IMG/VR virus record: IMGVR_UViG_3300046536_000394
DNA: 64,000 nucleotides
DNA from: an uncultured virus (IMG/VR IMGVR_UViG_3300046536_000394)
Taxonomy: Duplodnaviria; Heunggongvirae; Uroviricota; Caudoviricetes
Strand: one strand, 5' to 3'
In this document: piece by piece, positions 8,856 through 17,934 of the stretch
Layout of the letters: each line of letters begins with the position of its first letter
Numbering within the stretch: the first letter of the stretch is position 1
Position numbers and translations under genes: made by a program
Notes under the pieces: model-generated
The model's database searches: none
What the model was told of the DNA's origin: nothing
Seen by the model: the letters and a program-made list of their open reading frames with translations, nothing else

Positions 8856-9494
8856 TGAAGTGACAAAATGTATAGGTCTATGCACTCCGGCGAAAAGAGT
8901 AATGAAATCAAGCGAAATGCGACGGCCGACTTTTCCGATACATGATGCCGGAAAGACCACGAAACGCGCCCTTGGCCCGCTATGGGCGAAACAACGCCTA
9001 TCCCTGATAAAGCGACGCTCGCCGACTGGACAGACGAGACCGCGCTCGCCGACGCGACTTGCTGCGCTCCGATACTCCGGCAATACGTCCACGTGGATGT
9101 CGCTCGCCGACTCGGCCGCCACGGATACCGGAAAGCGAATAGCCCTATAGGCGTATATGACTAGGCCACGTGTCCACACGAGCCAATGCACGCTGACTCG
9201 CTGCGCCCTTTGACGTCGCCCCGATGAAACGGCAATACGGCATGCACAAACGGATATGATGGCGACACATGACAAGGGGACAGACAAGCGTTGCGCTTGC
9301 GTCGACCCGATCGGCCACGAACCCATATCCACCCTACCCCATAGCCCATATCGGCCATGACCCTTGATGCCGCTCGACATGATCTCGTGTCATAGCGCCT
9401 CGCTGGCGCGCATGTGCCATCGGCGGCCATCAACACCTATGACAGTGCCACGCACGCCGCCAGCGACGCGCTATGGGCACGAAAAGGCGCATTA

Positions 9495-9561
9495 GGGACC
9501 GTTCTGGCAGTGCGGGCACAGCGGAGCGCAGCCTCCCGTTCTGTCGCGCAAATTGAAAATT
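9495..9561 (+). other. putative lambda-like cos (cosQ-cosN) packaging site
   Basis: GGGACCG-N22-GAGCGCAGCCTC-...TGAAAATT parallels lambda GGGTCCT-N23-GGGCGGCGACCT-...TGAAAATT; GpA-type terminase present; gene direction flips here. Confidence 0.55.
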
Positions 9562-9579
9562 GTAAGGGGAGATCATCTC

Positions 9580-9807
9580 ATGCCCCTGGAAACCCTGGAG
9601 AAATCGATGAAATCGCCAATCCTTCAGCATTTCGCTTATGAGCATTTGCCGCCTCATCTCCAGGACGTGTCGGCACCGTTTGGTGAAGTCGCAAAAGGCA
9701 TGGCGGCGATTTTGCCGGCAAATGCGGAGACCGCGACGTGCCTCCGCAAACTGCTGGAAGCCAAGGATTGCGCGGTTCGCGCCGTTCTGCAGAAAGACGA
9801 AGCCTGA
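9580..9807 (+). CDS. small conserved helical-hairpin protein, Acb2/Tad1-hairpin-like
   Basis: FAYEHLPPHLQDVSAPF...LPANAETATCLRKLLEAKDCAVRA; GGGGAG RBS. Confidence 0.7.
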   Translation: MPLETLEKSMKSPILQHFAYEHLPPHLQDVSAPFGEVAKGMAAILPANAETATCLRKLLEAKDCAVRAVLQKDEA

Positions 9808-9986
9808 TGCCTTGCACCTGGTTCGGCGGATTTTCCGACAACGGCCGCTTCAAGGCTTGGCAACTCCATTACGAGGCAAAAGGCGCCTCGAGATGGAAGG
9901 CGACCGATCTCGCCTGGAAGAAATGCCAGAACAAAACGACCTGGCCGCCCGAGTTGCAAAACGGTTGTAAAGCCGCTGCAGCGTAA
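9807..9986 (+). CDS. hypothetical protein
   Basis: 59-aa ORF, TGATG coupling. Confidence 0.45.
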   Translation: MPCTWFGGFSDNGRFKAWQLHYEAKGASRWKATDLAWKKCQNKTTWPPELQNGCKAAAA

Positions 9987-10092
9987 TACGAAAATGGCAC
10001 CCCTCCACCGGGCGGATACAACGTGTTTTTTGGCGATGTCCTTGAAAACGTTCGATCCGCTATCAGAACGTGTATGCCGCACGGAGCTCGAA

Positions 10093-10266
10093 ATGGCCGG
10101 AAACACCAAAACCTACGGCGTATACGCTTGGATCGAAGGCGTGATGGCGAAAATCGGCGAGGTTCGCGGCCGGGATTGCACGATCGCCTTTCTTTCGGCA
10201 AAAGCCAAATACGGGCGGGACGATCTTTGGGTTAAGAACCTGATGAAGGTCTACGCCAAAAACTAA
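10093..10266 (+). CDS. hypothetical protein
   Basis: GGAG RBS then MAGNTKTYGVYAW. Confidence 0.5.
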   Translation: MAGNTKTYGVYAWIEGVMAKIGEVRGRDCTIAFLSAKAKYGRDDLWVKNLMKVYAKN

Positions 10267-10585
10267 TGCGCTCTCGAGGCCGTCACCTCGATTGAGCCTT
10301 CCCCGCTTCCGGAAGCAAAACCGGTTGCCGCGTAATCCTGGATGTAGTTGCCAGGGGGGAGCCAAGTTTCAAAGTGTGCTGGCTCTCATCATTGCCAGGT
10401 CCATCGTTGAGCGAATGAGCGCTTCGACGCGATGGAGCCATGTGGTCCCGCTTGGCGAGTCAAAAATGGGCGCCTTCAATACCCGCAGAGGAGACGCCGC
10501 GAGGGAAATGCCTCGTCGGATTCGTTAGGTCCGGCAAAACAGCGGCCCACTTGCCCCCAGGCCCAAATGGGCTAATCCCAGGAGA
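10267..10585 (+). ncRNA. putative structured non-coding RNA or leader
   Basis: Consecutive stems: CCTGG/CCAGG, GAGCCA/TGGCTC, TCCATCG/CGATGGA, CCGCT/AGCGG enclosing CGAGG/CCTCG and CGGA/TCCG. Confidence 0.4.
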
Positions 10586-10590
10586 ACCCC

Positions 10591-11484
10591 ATGACCACCT
10601 CAGTAATCGTTAATGCCGGCCACGGCTGGCCCGTAGATATGGTCTTCAAGGATCCGAAGACTGGCGACGTCCTCTCGACGCAGCGCCTCGCCGCAGACAC
10701 CAACCAGACCATCCACGTCCACCGCGGCGCCGACGTCCTCATCCATGAAGTTCAGCCGGAAGAGATCGCCGCCGAAAGCTACGATGACGAAGCCTCTGCT
10801 GCTGCCGATCTGGCCGATGCGCAGAAGGTCTCGGAAATCACCGGCGACCCGATCCCGGATCCGCTGATCGACCCCGTTGTCAACATCGACCCGGCAACGA
10901 ACCAGATCATCCCGGATGACGCGCACGTTGCTGATTCCACTGAAGAAACCCCGGTTGCCGCCGCCGTTGCCGTCGATGCCCCGGTTGCCGCAGTTGTCGA
11001 CACGTCGGCCGCTGATGCCGCCGCCGCTCTAGCCGATCAGGAAGCCGCCGATGCTGCTGCAAAGCAGGCTGATGCAGATGCACAGGCCGCCGCGGACGCC
11101 GCTGCTGCCCAGGCGAAGATCGACGCCGATGCTGCGCAGAAGGTAATCGATGACCAGGCTGCGGCCGATGCTGCTGCAGCCGCTCAGAAGCAGGCCGAAG
11201 ATGATGCCGCCGCGGCTCAGAAGGCGATCGACGATCAGGCCGCCATCGATGCCAAAGCAGCATCCGACGCCGCTGCCGCTGCCGCCGCCGCTGCTGCTGC
11301 GATCCCGGTCGAAGTCGTCGTGCCCGAAGTGACGGAAGTCCAGGGTACGGATCCGATCGCCGATGGCGCCCCGATCGCGGACAGCACCACGGTTGAAACC
11401 CCTGTTGCCGACACGATCTCTGATCCTGCATTCGGAACGGATCCAGTCGACGAAGAAGCACCAAAGCTTGACCCGCAGTCCTAA
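10591..11484 (+). CDS. acidic Ala/Asp-rich low-complexity protein
   Basis: CAGGAG RBS; small N-terminal domain followed by DAAAAQK/IDDQAA repeats. Confidence 0.8.
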   Translation: MTTSVIVNAGHGWPVDMVFKDPKTGDVLSTQRLAADTNQTIHVHRGADVLIHEVQPEEIAAESYDDEASAAADLADAQKVSEITGDPIPDPLIDPVVNIDPATNQIIPDDAHVADSTEETPVAAAVAVDAPVAAVVDTSAADAAAALADQEAADAAAKQADADAQAAADAAAAQAKIDADAAQKVIDDQAAADAAAAAQKQAEDDAAAAQKAIDDQAAIDAKAASDAAAAAAAAAAAIPVEVVVPEVTEVQGTDPIADGAPIADSTTVETPVADTISDPAFGTDPVDEEAPKLDPQS

Positions 11485-11636
11485 GGACGGCATGGTCCGG
11501 CATCCCTAAGCGGCCCGGAACATATTCATCTGCACCCAGCGAATTGTTCGCATCACGGACCGTGCAAAGGACAGAGCCCTCGCCAAGCAATCATGCCTGG
11601 CGGGGTTCGACCCTCTCGAAAAGAGGACTTCAACCC

Positions 11637-11744
11637 ATGAATCCGACGAAAGCTATGACGGTGGCCTTGTTGTGCGTTCTTATCGTTGTTTGCATCACTC
11701 TCGGGTTCCTTCCGGCCATCGCGCCGTTATGGAGCAATAAATGA
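11637..11744 (+). CDS. small membrane peptide
   Basis: 35 aa, one hydrophobic segment; overlaps the next start. Confidence 0.45.
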   Translation: MNPTKAMTVALLCVLIVVCITLGFLPAIAPLWSNK

Positions 11745-12172
11745 GCATTCTTGACAAAATCGAGGAAGACACGAAGCGCGGCGTCGCCGAGATCAAAGGC
11801 GGCATCGCTGAAATAAAGGCGGTTCTTTCGCCTGGCGCAGCATCAACGGCGGAGTCGACGGCGCCGGCAACTATCCAGTCCTTTGCGGCTTCGGCGACCC
11901 AAAGCGCCCCTGCCGCCTCTTTATCGGCGCCAAAAGGCGACAACCAGGTTGAAACGGTTGCGGCCAGACTCGAGCAACTGCGCAAGACGATCAATGTTGT
12001 CGGGACGGTTCATTCGTCCTGGGATCATATCGTTGCTGTTGTGACGGCGACGACGACGGATGCCGACGCCGCTTTCGTCAAGGTCAAGGCGCTGATCTCG
12101 ATCGACGCCCCGGTAGCGAAGGGCTTCGATGAGGCTGTCGCCTTCGTGAAGTCGATCGCGGTCAAGCTTTAA
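11741..12172 (+). CDS. hypothetical protein
   Basis: 143-aa ORF with GGAG RBS. Confidence 0.65.
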   Translation: MSILDKIEEDTKRGVAEIKGGIAEIKAVLSPGAASTAESTAPATIQSFAASATQSAPAASLSAPKGDNQVETVAARLEQLRKTINVVGTVHSSWDHIVAVVTATTTDADAAFVKVKALISIDAPVAKGFDEAVAFVKSIAVKL

Positions 12173-12277
12173 GGTTCGGGGGTACGAAACCCGAAACAGG
12201 CGGAGAGCTTCTCCATCCCGGTGCTGCGTGTGGGGAAGCTCTTCGTTTCAAAGATCCACGATGGAAGGAAAAATCCA

Positions 12278-12559
12278 ATGAGCTATTGGTTTTCAGTAAC
12301 GGCGGACACAAAGCAGGAAGCCACCCACAAGATCAGAGAGAAGTTCGACGAAGTTGTCGTGGCGCAGCCGGGTCACGCTGCGGACAGGGAAGCCGCGGTT
12401 GTTGCTGCCCAAACCTTGGTCCGCCTCTTGGCTGATCCCAAGGAAGGCGAGGAAATCGCCGTGAGCATGAATGGCTCGGTTGGCTGGAAGTATGACTCGC
12501 CTGAGGAATTTCTTCATGCGAACGTCACCATCAATACTTCGATGCGCAAAAAGAGCTAA
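12278..12559 (+). CDS. hypothetical protein
   Basis: Start MSYWFSV after GGAAGGA RBS. Confidence 0.65.
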   Translation: MSYWFSVTADTKQEATHKIREKFDEVVVAQPGHAADREAAVVAAQTLVRLLADPKEGEEIAVSMNGSVGWKYDSPEEFLHANVTINTSMRKKS

Positions 12560-12569
12560 TCGGCTCTGA

Positions 12570-12809
12570 TTAGATGCCGAGATCGGTCCGGAGAACGCTG
12601 TTGACCTTTGAGGTCCAGCCTTCTCCGTTGATGCTCTTCAACATGAAGACGACGTCCTGATCGAGGCGCAAACTAACAAGTTTCTTCGGTGATTTCAGAT
12701 CGCCGGTCCCGACGGCAGCTTTGAGCGCATTGATCTGCGCCTTCGTCGGCTTCTTCACCTTCGCCTGCTTCGTGCGTTTCGCTGGAGCGATTTCCTTAAA
12801 CCGGATCAT
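12570..12809 (-). CDS. BrnA-type antitoxin (ribbon-helix-helix), orphan
   Basis: PKKLVSLRLDQDVVFMLKSINGEGWTSKVNSVLR matches the BrnA C-terminal consensus. Confidence 0.8.
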   Translation of the reverse strand: MIRFKEIAPAKRTKQAKVKKPTKAQINALKAAVGTGDLKSPKKLVSLRLDQDVVFMLKSINGEGWTSKVNSVLRTDLGI

Positions 12810-12880
12810 GCCCGAACCCTCGGTTTCCTAGCCGCGCGGCGACTCCACGCATGCCGGAATATAGCGCGGGAGTGTGAAAA

Positions 12881-13474
12881 ATGAAAGTTACGGCAGAAGT
12901 CCACCAATCGAAGGATCTCATCACCTTCCTGCACAAGCTCGGCTCTCCGGAGCTGAAGGCGGCCGCGATCGTCGGGTTGAATGAGCACGCCGGCGAACAG
13001 CGGAAGCAGTCGGTCAACCGTATCGTTGCCTACACCGGGATCCCCAAGGGCCGCGTCGGCGGCAAGACGAAGCTGATCAAGGCATCGGCCTCCGGATCTG
13101 TCAACACTGCGATCATCAGAACGGCCGACGTCGCGATCCCCCTCGCGGAGTACGGAAACGCCGTCTGGACAAGGGATTTGAACCCCTTCGCCGATGGCCA
13201 AATGGGGGGATCAGTTTCAAGCATGAAAGGCGCGGAAGCGACTGGCTGGAATGTCCGCCGGCAATTCCCTGGCGCCTTCATCGCCAACGGCCAAGTCGTG
13301 ATCCGACGGGTTCATTCGGATCCGCGATCGGGCTTGCGCACCCTTTATGCCCCGGTCCTGGCGAATGAGCTGGCGAAACCGGAGCGCCCCAACGTACCCG
13401 CTGCGGAGCGGTATGCAGCTATGGACCTCGAGCGGAGGGTCATGGCTCAAGTCATCCGCGTTTTAGGAACCTGA
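12881..13474 (+). CDS. putative tail completion protein (lambda gpZ-like)
   Basis: Basic 197-aa protein with AIVGLNE...IVAYTGIPKGRV and FPGAFIA pattern, directly before the terminase. Confidence 0.55.
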   Translation: MKVTAEVHQSKDLITFLHKLGSPELKAAAIVGLNEHAGEQRKQSVNRIVAYTGIPKGRVGGKTKLIKASASGSVNTAIIRTADVAIPLAEYGNAVWTRDLNPFADGQMGGSVSSMKGAEATGWNVRRQFPGAFIANGQVVIRRVHSDPRSGLRTLYAPVLANELAKPERPNVPAAERYAAMDLERRVMAQVIRVLGT

Positions 13475-13476
13475 AG

Positions 13477-14124
13477 ATGGCTAAGGCAGCACCCAAAGCC
13501 GTCGATGAGACAGAAATTGCCCCTACGACCCGGGCGAAAAAATCACCATCGACGAAAACCAAGACCAAAAAGAAAGCCCCGGCGAAACCTGCAAAGGCAC
13601 CTGAGGCGCCCTCCAGAGGAGCGTGGATCCATGAATTCTGTACGATCACAGAGCTTTCGATCCTCCTCAACCTCTCGGTTCGCGCGCTTCATGACCAAAA
13701 TGCTCGCGGCGTTCTTGTCCGTGGCGCCAAGGCCGGGACATACCGGACGATCCCGTCGATGGAAGCCTACATCGGGAACCTACGGCTTGCGGCCTCCGGT
13801 CGCGCCAAGGAAGTCCAATCGGTAGCGGCTGAAGAGCGCGGCAAGATCGAGAAGATCGAGCGCCAGATCCGCGAGCTGAAGCTGAAAGAGCTCCAGGGCG
13901 AGATCCTGCAGCTCGATGAGGTCTCTGAGGCTTGGTCGACGTTCGCCGGCCTTGTCAAGCAGGCGTTTTTGACCTTCCCGACGAAGGCTAGAGCCAAGAT
14001 CCCGCATCTGACGGCCCATGACCAGGCGACGCTGACAACGATCGCCAAGGACATGCTCCTGGATATGGCTGCAGAGATCCGCGCGTCCGTCGTAGGGGGA
14101 GATGCCGATGTCCTCAAGAGCTAG
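13477..14124 (+). CDS. terminase small subunit (Nu1-like)
   Basis: HTH (TITELSILLNLSVRAL) plus coiled coil ELKLKELQGEIL; precedes the large subunit. Confidence 0.85.
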   Translation: MAKAAPKAVDETEIAPTTRAKKSPSTKTKTKKKAPAKPAKAPEAPSRGAWIHEFCTITELSILLNLSVRALHDQNARGVLVRGAKAGTYRTIPSMEAYIGNLRLAASGRAKEVQSVAAEERGKIEKIERQIRELKLKELQGEILQLDEVSEAWSTFAGLVKQAFLTFPTKARAKIPHLTAHDQATLTTIAKDMLLDMAAEIRASVVGGDADVLKS

Positions 14125-15943
14125 CGCAGCCGTCAAATCGCTGTTCAAGGACATCTCCGCGGCGCTGACACCGCCGGTGGAGATGAGCTACTCCGAATGG
14201 GCGATCGCCAATTTCAGGCTTTCCGCCGTCGCCTCCGCCGATACCGGGCGGTTTCGCCCCTGGAAATTCCAGCGCGGGATCCTTGATGCCATCGGTGACC
14301 CGCTTTTCCCTCGCGTTTCGGTCATCAAGCCGACCCGAACGGGTTACACGAAGTCGCTTATCGCCGCGATCGGCGCCATTGCCGACAACGATCCGTCGCC
14401 GATCATCCTGTTGATGCCGACGGACGACGACGCCCGCGGGATCATGGTTGACGAGGTCGACCCGGCCTTCAAGGAAAGCCCCAGGCTTCGCGGTCTGATG
14501 AGATCCGGCCGTTTCGACGGTAGGAACACCTTGACGCACCGGTCCTTTGCCGGCGGCGGCTCACTGAAGGCGATCGCAGCCGCGGCGCCACGCAATCTTC
14601 GCCGTCACTCGGCGAAATACCTGTTCTGCGACGAAGTCGACGGGATGAAAATCACCTCAGAAGGTGATCCGTTGAAGATCGCGGAGAAGCGCACGGACTC
14701 CTATCCAGATCGCAAGATCGTGATGGGATCTACGCCAGTTGATGATGCTACCTCCATCATCATCACCCGGTACAACGAAAGCGACCAGCGCGTTTTCGAA
14801 ATTCCGTGCGTTCATTGCAGCGTCCCCTTCGAACTGATGTGGGAACACCTGGACTGGAAGCCTGGCCAGCCGGAGACGGTTGTCGCCAACTGCCCGAACT
14901 GCGGCGTCGAGATCGAGGAAAAATACAAGCCTCAGATGGTCGAGGCCGGCGAATGGCGGGCAACGAAGCCTGAGGTCAATGGACATGCCGGTTTCCGGCT
15001 CAACGCACTGATCTCGATGTTCTCCAACGTCCGATGGGCAATGCTTGTCACGGAATATGAGAACGCCGTGAAGCAGGGCGCCTCGGCCATGCAGGTGTTC
15101 ACGAACACCGTCCTTGGCCAAGTCTATTCGGCCGCGATCGACTATGTAAACGAAACCATGCTGATGGCTCGTTGCGAACCCTTTGGTCTCAGGCTCGAGC
15201 TTGGATCCGGCCAATGGGAAGAGAAGATCCCGGTGGAAGTCGGCTACATCACAGCCGGCGTTGACGTCCAGGTCGATCGCGTCGAAATGACCTTCGTCGG
15301 TCATAGCCCGTCGCATCGCTACATCCTTGGCCATCACGTCGTCTACGGCGGCACCAACCTCGATACGACCTGGGATGAGGTTCATTCGGTCCTGATGACG
15401 AAGTGGCAACATCCACTCGGCGGGACCATCGGCATCGAGGCCGCCGGCGTCGACTCCGGTGACGGTAACAGGACGCAGAACGTCTACGACTTCGTCGAGC
15501 ACACACAGGGACAGAAAATCGTCGCCATTAAGGGCGTCGCCGGTCCCCGCAAGGTGATCGAGGTCTCCAAGGTGAAGCGCAGAAACCGGACAGCCCCGCT
15601 CTATCTGATCGGCGTCGACCAGGTGAAACTCGACATCCTGGCCACCCTTCCGAAGGAAAAAACGGAGTCGCAAGCGTTCCGTTTCAGCAACACGTTGACA
15701 GAGGATTACTTCCTCCAGCTCAACGCGGAACGTCGTGTCCTCGTCTACAAACAGGGCCGCCCGATCGAGCAATTCGAGCGGATCGGCAATCGAAAAGCAG
15801 AAGCGCTTGACACCGTTGTTTACGCCTTGGCGGTCAAATACCTCTGCAATTTCAACTATGAGAAGCGATACCTCGAGCTCAAGGGCGACGCTCCACCAAA
15901 GAGGAGCCTGAAGGACATCGTCTCCAAAATGCACAGGAAGTGA
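14102..15943 (+). CDS. terminase large subunit, GpA family
   Basis: IKPTRTGYTK, YLFCDEVDG, GSTP, CxxC...CPNCG, ITAGVDVQ, VDSGDG, EALDTVVYA. Confidence 0.95.
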   Translation: MPMSSRASAAVKSLFKDISAALTPPVEMSYSEWAIANFRLSAVASADTGRFRPWKFQRGILDAIGDPLFPRVSVIKPTRTGYTKSLIAAIGAIADNDPSPIILLMPTDDDARGIMVDEVDPAFKESPRLRGLMRSGRFDGRNTLTHRSFAGGGSLKAIAAAAPRNLRRHSAKYLFCDEVDGMKITSEGDPLKIAEKRTDSYPDRKIVMGSTPVDDATSIIITRYNESDQRVFEIPCVHCSVPFELMWEHLDWKPGQPETVVANCPNCGVEIEEKYKPQMVEAGEWRATKPEVNGHAGFRLNALISMFSNVRWAMLVTEYENAVKQGASAMQVFTNTVLGQVYSAAIDYVNETMLMARCEPFGLRLELGSGQWEEKIPVEVGYITAGVDVQVDRVEMTFVGHSPSHRYILGHHVVYGGTNLDTTWDEVHSVLMTKWQHPLGGTIGIEAAGVDSGDGNRTQNVYDFVEHTQGQKIVAIKGVAGPRKVIEVSKVKRRNRTAPLYLIGVDQVKLDILATLPKEKTESQAFRFSNTLTEDYFLQLNAERRVLVYKQGRPIEQFERIGNRKAEALDTVVYALAVKYLCNFNYEKRYLELKGDAPPKRSLKDIVSKMHRK

Positions 15944-17628
15944 AAATGGGCCTCAAGGAAGCATACCGGGCGTTTATGAAGCCGTCGGGCGGCGCCCCGA
16001 CGCCGAAGTCCGCTTTCTTCCAGGGCGGCCGGCATGGCAACGGCGGCGGCGCGCTGCTGAATTCGTGGCGCCCGCAGCTCCGTGAAGCACAAGCCGATAT
16101 CGCGCTGTCATGGCACGAGGCCGCGGCACGAAGCGTCGATGGCATCCACAATTCGGGGTTCTTGACCAAGATCCTCGAGACGGAAACCGGATCCGTTGTC
16201 GGCACCGGTCTCCGCTGGCTTTCCAGGCCAGACCCGATATCGCTGAACTGGACGCCGGAAGATGCGTCGAAGTGGGCGCGAATGGTCGAGAAGCGCTTTC
16301 GCGCCTGGGGACAGAACCCGGCCGAATGCGACGCCTCCGGCAAGATGACCTTCGACAAGATGCAGCAGGCCGCTTTCGCCTCCTACAAGTGCTTCGGCGA
16401 GATCCTGGCGATGCAGCCGTTGATCCGCCGGCCCGGTTCGTTGCGCCTCGGGCGTGTTTTGATGCTGCCGCCGACCCGGTTGTCGCATCTGTCGAACGGG
16501 ACCAACATCGTCCAGGGCGTCAAGGTCGACGATTGGGGTTTCCCCCAGGAGTACACGATCCGCAAATTCTCCGCCCTCCTCGGATGGCAGGAACAGCAGT
16601 TCGCCGCCAACGATCGCGATGGCCGCCCGCAAGTGCTTCACATCTTCGACTCCGCCCTGGCGACGACTCGAGGGATCTCGCCGATGGCGAACATCCTGAA
16701 AGTAGTTCGCCAAGTCGACCAGTACGCCGATGCGACGCTGACTTCGGCTCTGATCCAGACGATCTTTGCCGCGGTTATCAAGACCAACATCACCGGCCAA
16801 GGCGCCTTCGACGGTCTGATGACCAAGCAGGACGGCAAGGGCACCGGCATGTTCGACCTCGAGGACTTCGCGGAAGCGCAGCGCCAATGGTACGACGGTT
16901 CCTCGATCGACCTCACCCAACACGGTCGCATCGCGCAGCTCTTCCCGAATGATGAGTTGACCTTCACGGAGGCAAAGCAGCCCGGGCAGCAGTACGACGC
17001 CTTCATGGGGTGGCTGATGCGAGAAGTCGCTGCAGGCTGCGGCGTCACCTATGAGAGCGCAACGGGCGACTATCGCGGCGCTACTTACTCATCGATCCGC
17101 ATGGCGGGCGCTGAAGCTTGGCTCACGGTTCTACGCCGTCGGGCCAATCTGATCATCCCGTTCTGCGAAGCGGTTAAGTCGACCTGGCTGGACGAAGAAA
17201 TCCAGACCGGGCGCATCCCGTTCCCGGGCGGGTATTTCGCCTATATCGCCAACCGCGACGCCGCGAACATGGGTTCCTGGTCCGGACCATCGCAGCCTCA
17301 GGCCGACGACTTCAAAGCGGCGCGCAGCCATGAAGTCCTTCACAAGATCCAAGGCACCACGCTGTCGGAGATCTCCGCAGCTTACGGCCGCGATTGGGAT
17401 GAGGACATGCGCCAACGCGCCGAAGAGAACCGCTTGGCAGATGAGCTCGAGATGCCGCGTCCCTGGATCCAGGCCATCGTCCCGCAACCGGAAACGGCCG
17501 ACAAGGTCGCGGAGCTGGACAAAGAGCTCGCCGCGAAACCAGACGCTCCGGTCCCGGGAAAGAAAGTCGGCGCCCCGGCATCATCCGCTTCGGCAGACGC
17601 CGACGCGGAGCTCGAAGAGGAGACCTAA
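15940..17628 (+). CDS. portal protein, lambda family
   Basis: VVGTGLR, CDASGKMTF, QGVKVDDWGFP, TRGISP, TGDYRGATYSSIR. Confidence 0.93.
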   Translation: MKMGLKEAYRAFMKPSGGAPTPKSAFFQGGRHGNGGGALLNSWRPQLREAQADIALSWHEAAARSVDGIHNSGFLTKILETETGSVVGTGLRWLSRPDPISLNWTPEDASKWARMVEKRFRAWGQNPAECDASGKMTFDKMQQAAFASYKCFGEILAMQPLIRRPGSLRLGRVLMLPPTRLSHLSNGTNIVQGVKVDDWGFPQEYTIRKFSALLGWQEQQFAANDRDGRPQVLHIFDSALATTRGISPMANILKVVRQVDQYADATLTSALIQTIFAAVIKTNITGQGAFDGLMTKQDGKGTGMFDLEDFAEAQRQWYDGSSIDLTQHGRIAQLFPNDELTFTEAKQPGQQYDAFMGWLMREVAAGCGVTYESATGDYRGATYSSIRMAGAEAWLTVLRRRANLIIPFCEAVKSTWLDEEIQTGRIPFPGGYFAYIANRDAANMGSWSGPSQPQADDFKAARSHEVLHKIQGTTLSEISAAYGRDWDEDMRQRAEENRLADELEMPRPWIQAIVPQPETADKVAELDKELAAKPDAPVPGKKVGAPASSASADADAELEEET

Positions 17629-17934
17629 ATGGCGATCGACTATTCGATCTTCGCCGCGGAGCCTTACGACCCATGCGCCGCTCTTGCGGTTCTACGGCCG
17701 GTCTACATGCAGTTGCGCGTCGAGGGCGGCGTCAAGCGGATCAAGTTCCGGGATCGGGATACCGAATTCTCGCCTCCGGACATCGGTGACGTCGCCGCCC
17801 TGATCGCGCAACTCGAGGCCGATTGCTCCGCCCAAAACGGCACAACAAGGAAGCGCTTTGCCATCACGGCGGGCGCGCGCGGACCCTGCGGCCCTGGCGG
17901 CTGGTGGGGCACCGGCGGAGGGGGATGTCCATGA
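17629..17934 (+). CDS. head-tail joining protein (gpW-like)
   Basis: GVKRIKFRDRDTEFS...LIAQLE pattern; size and position. Confidence 0.7.
   Translation: MAIDYSIFAAEPYDPCAALAVLRPVYMQLRVEGGVKRIKFRDRDTEFSPPDIGDVAALIAQLEADCSAQNGTTRKRFAITAGARGPCGPGGWWGTGGGGCP

Noticed and set aside
11595..11625. GGGTTCGACCC as a tRNA T-arm
   Set aside because: No D-arm, anticodon arm or acceptor stem in the correct spacing
14657..15934. Long antisense ORFs such as 14657-15934, 18777-19919, 36851-38116 and 48656-49582
   Set aside because: Shadow frames of well-supported genes in GC-rich DNA, with no recognisable motifs
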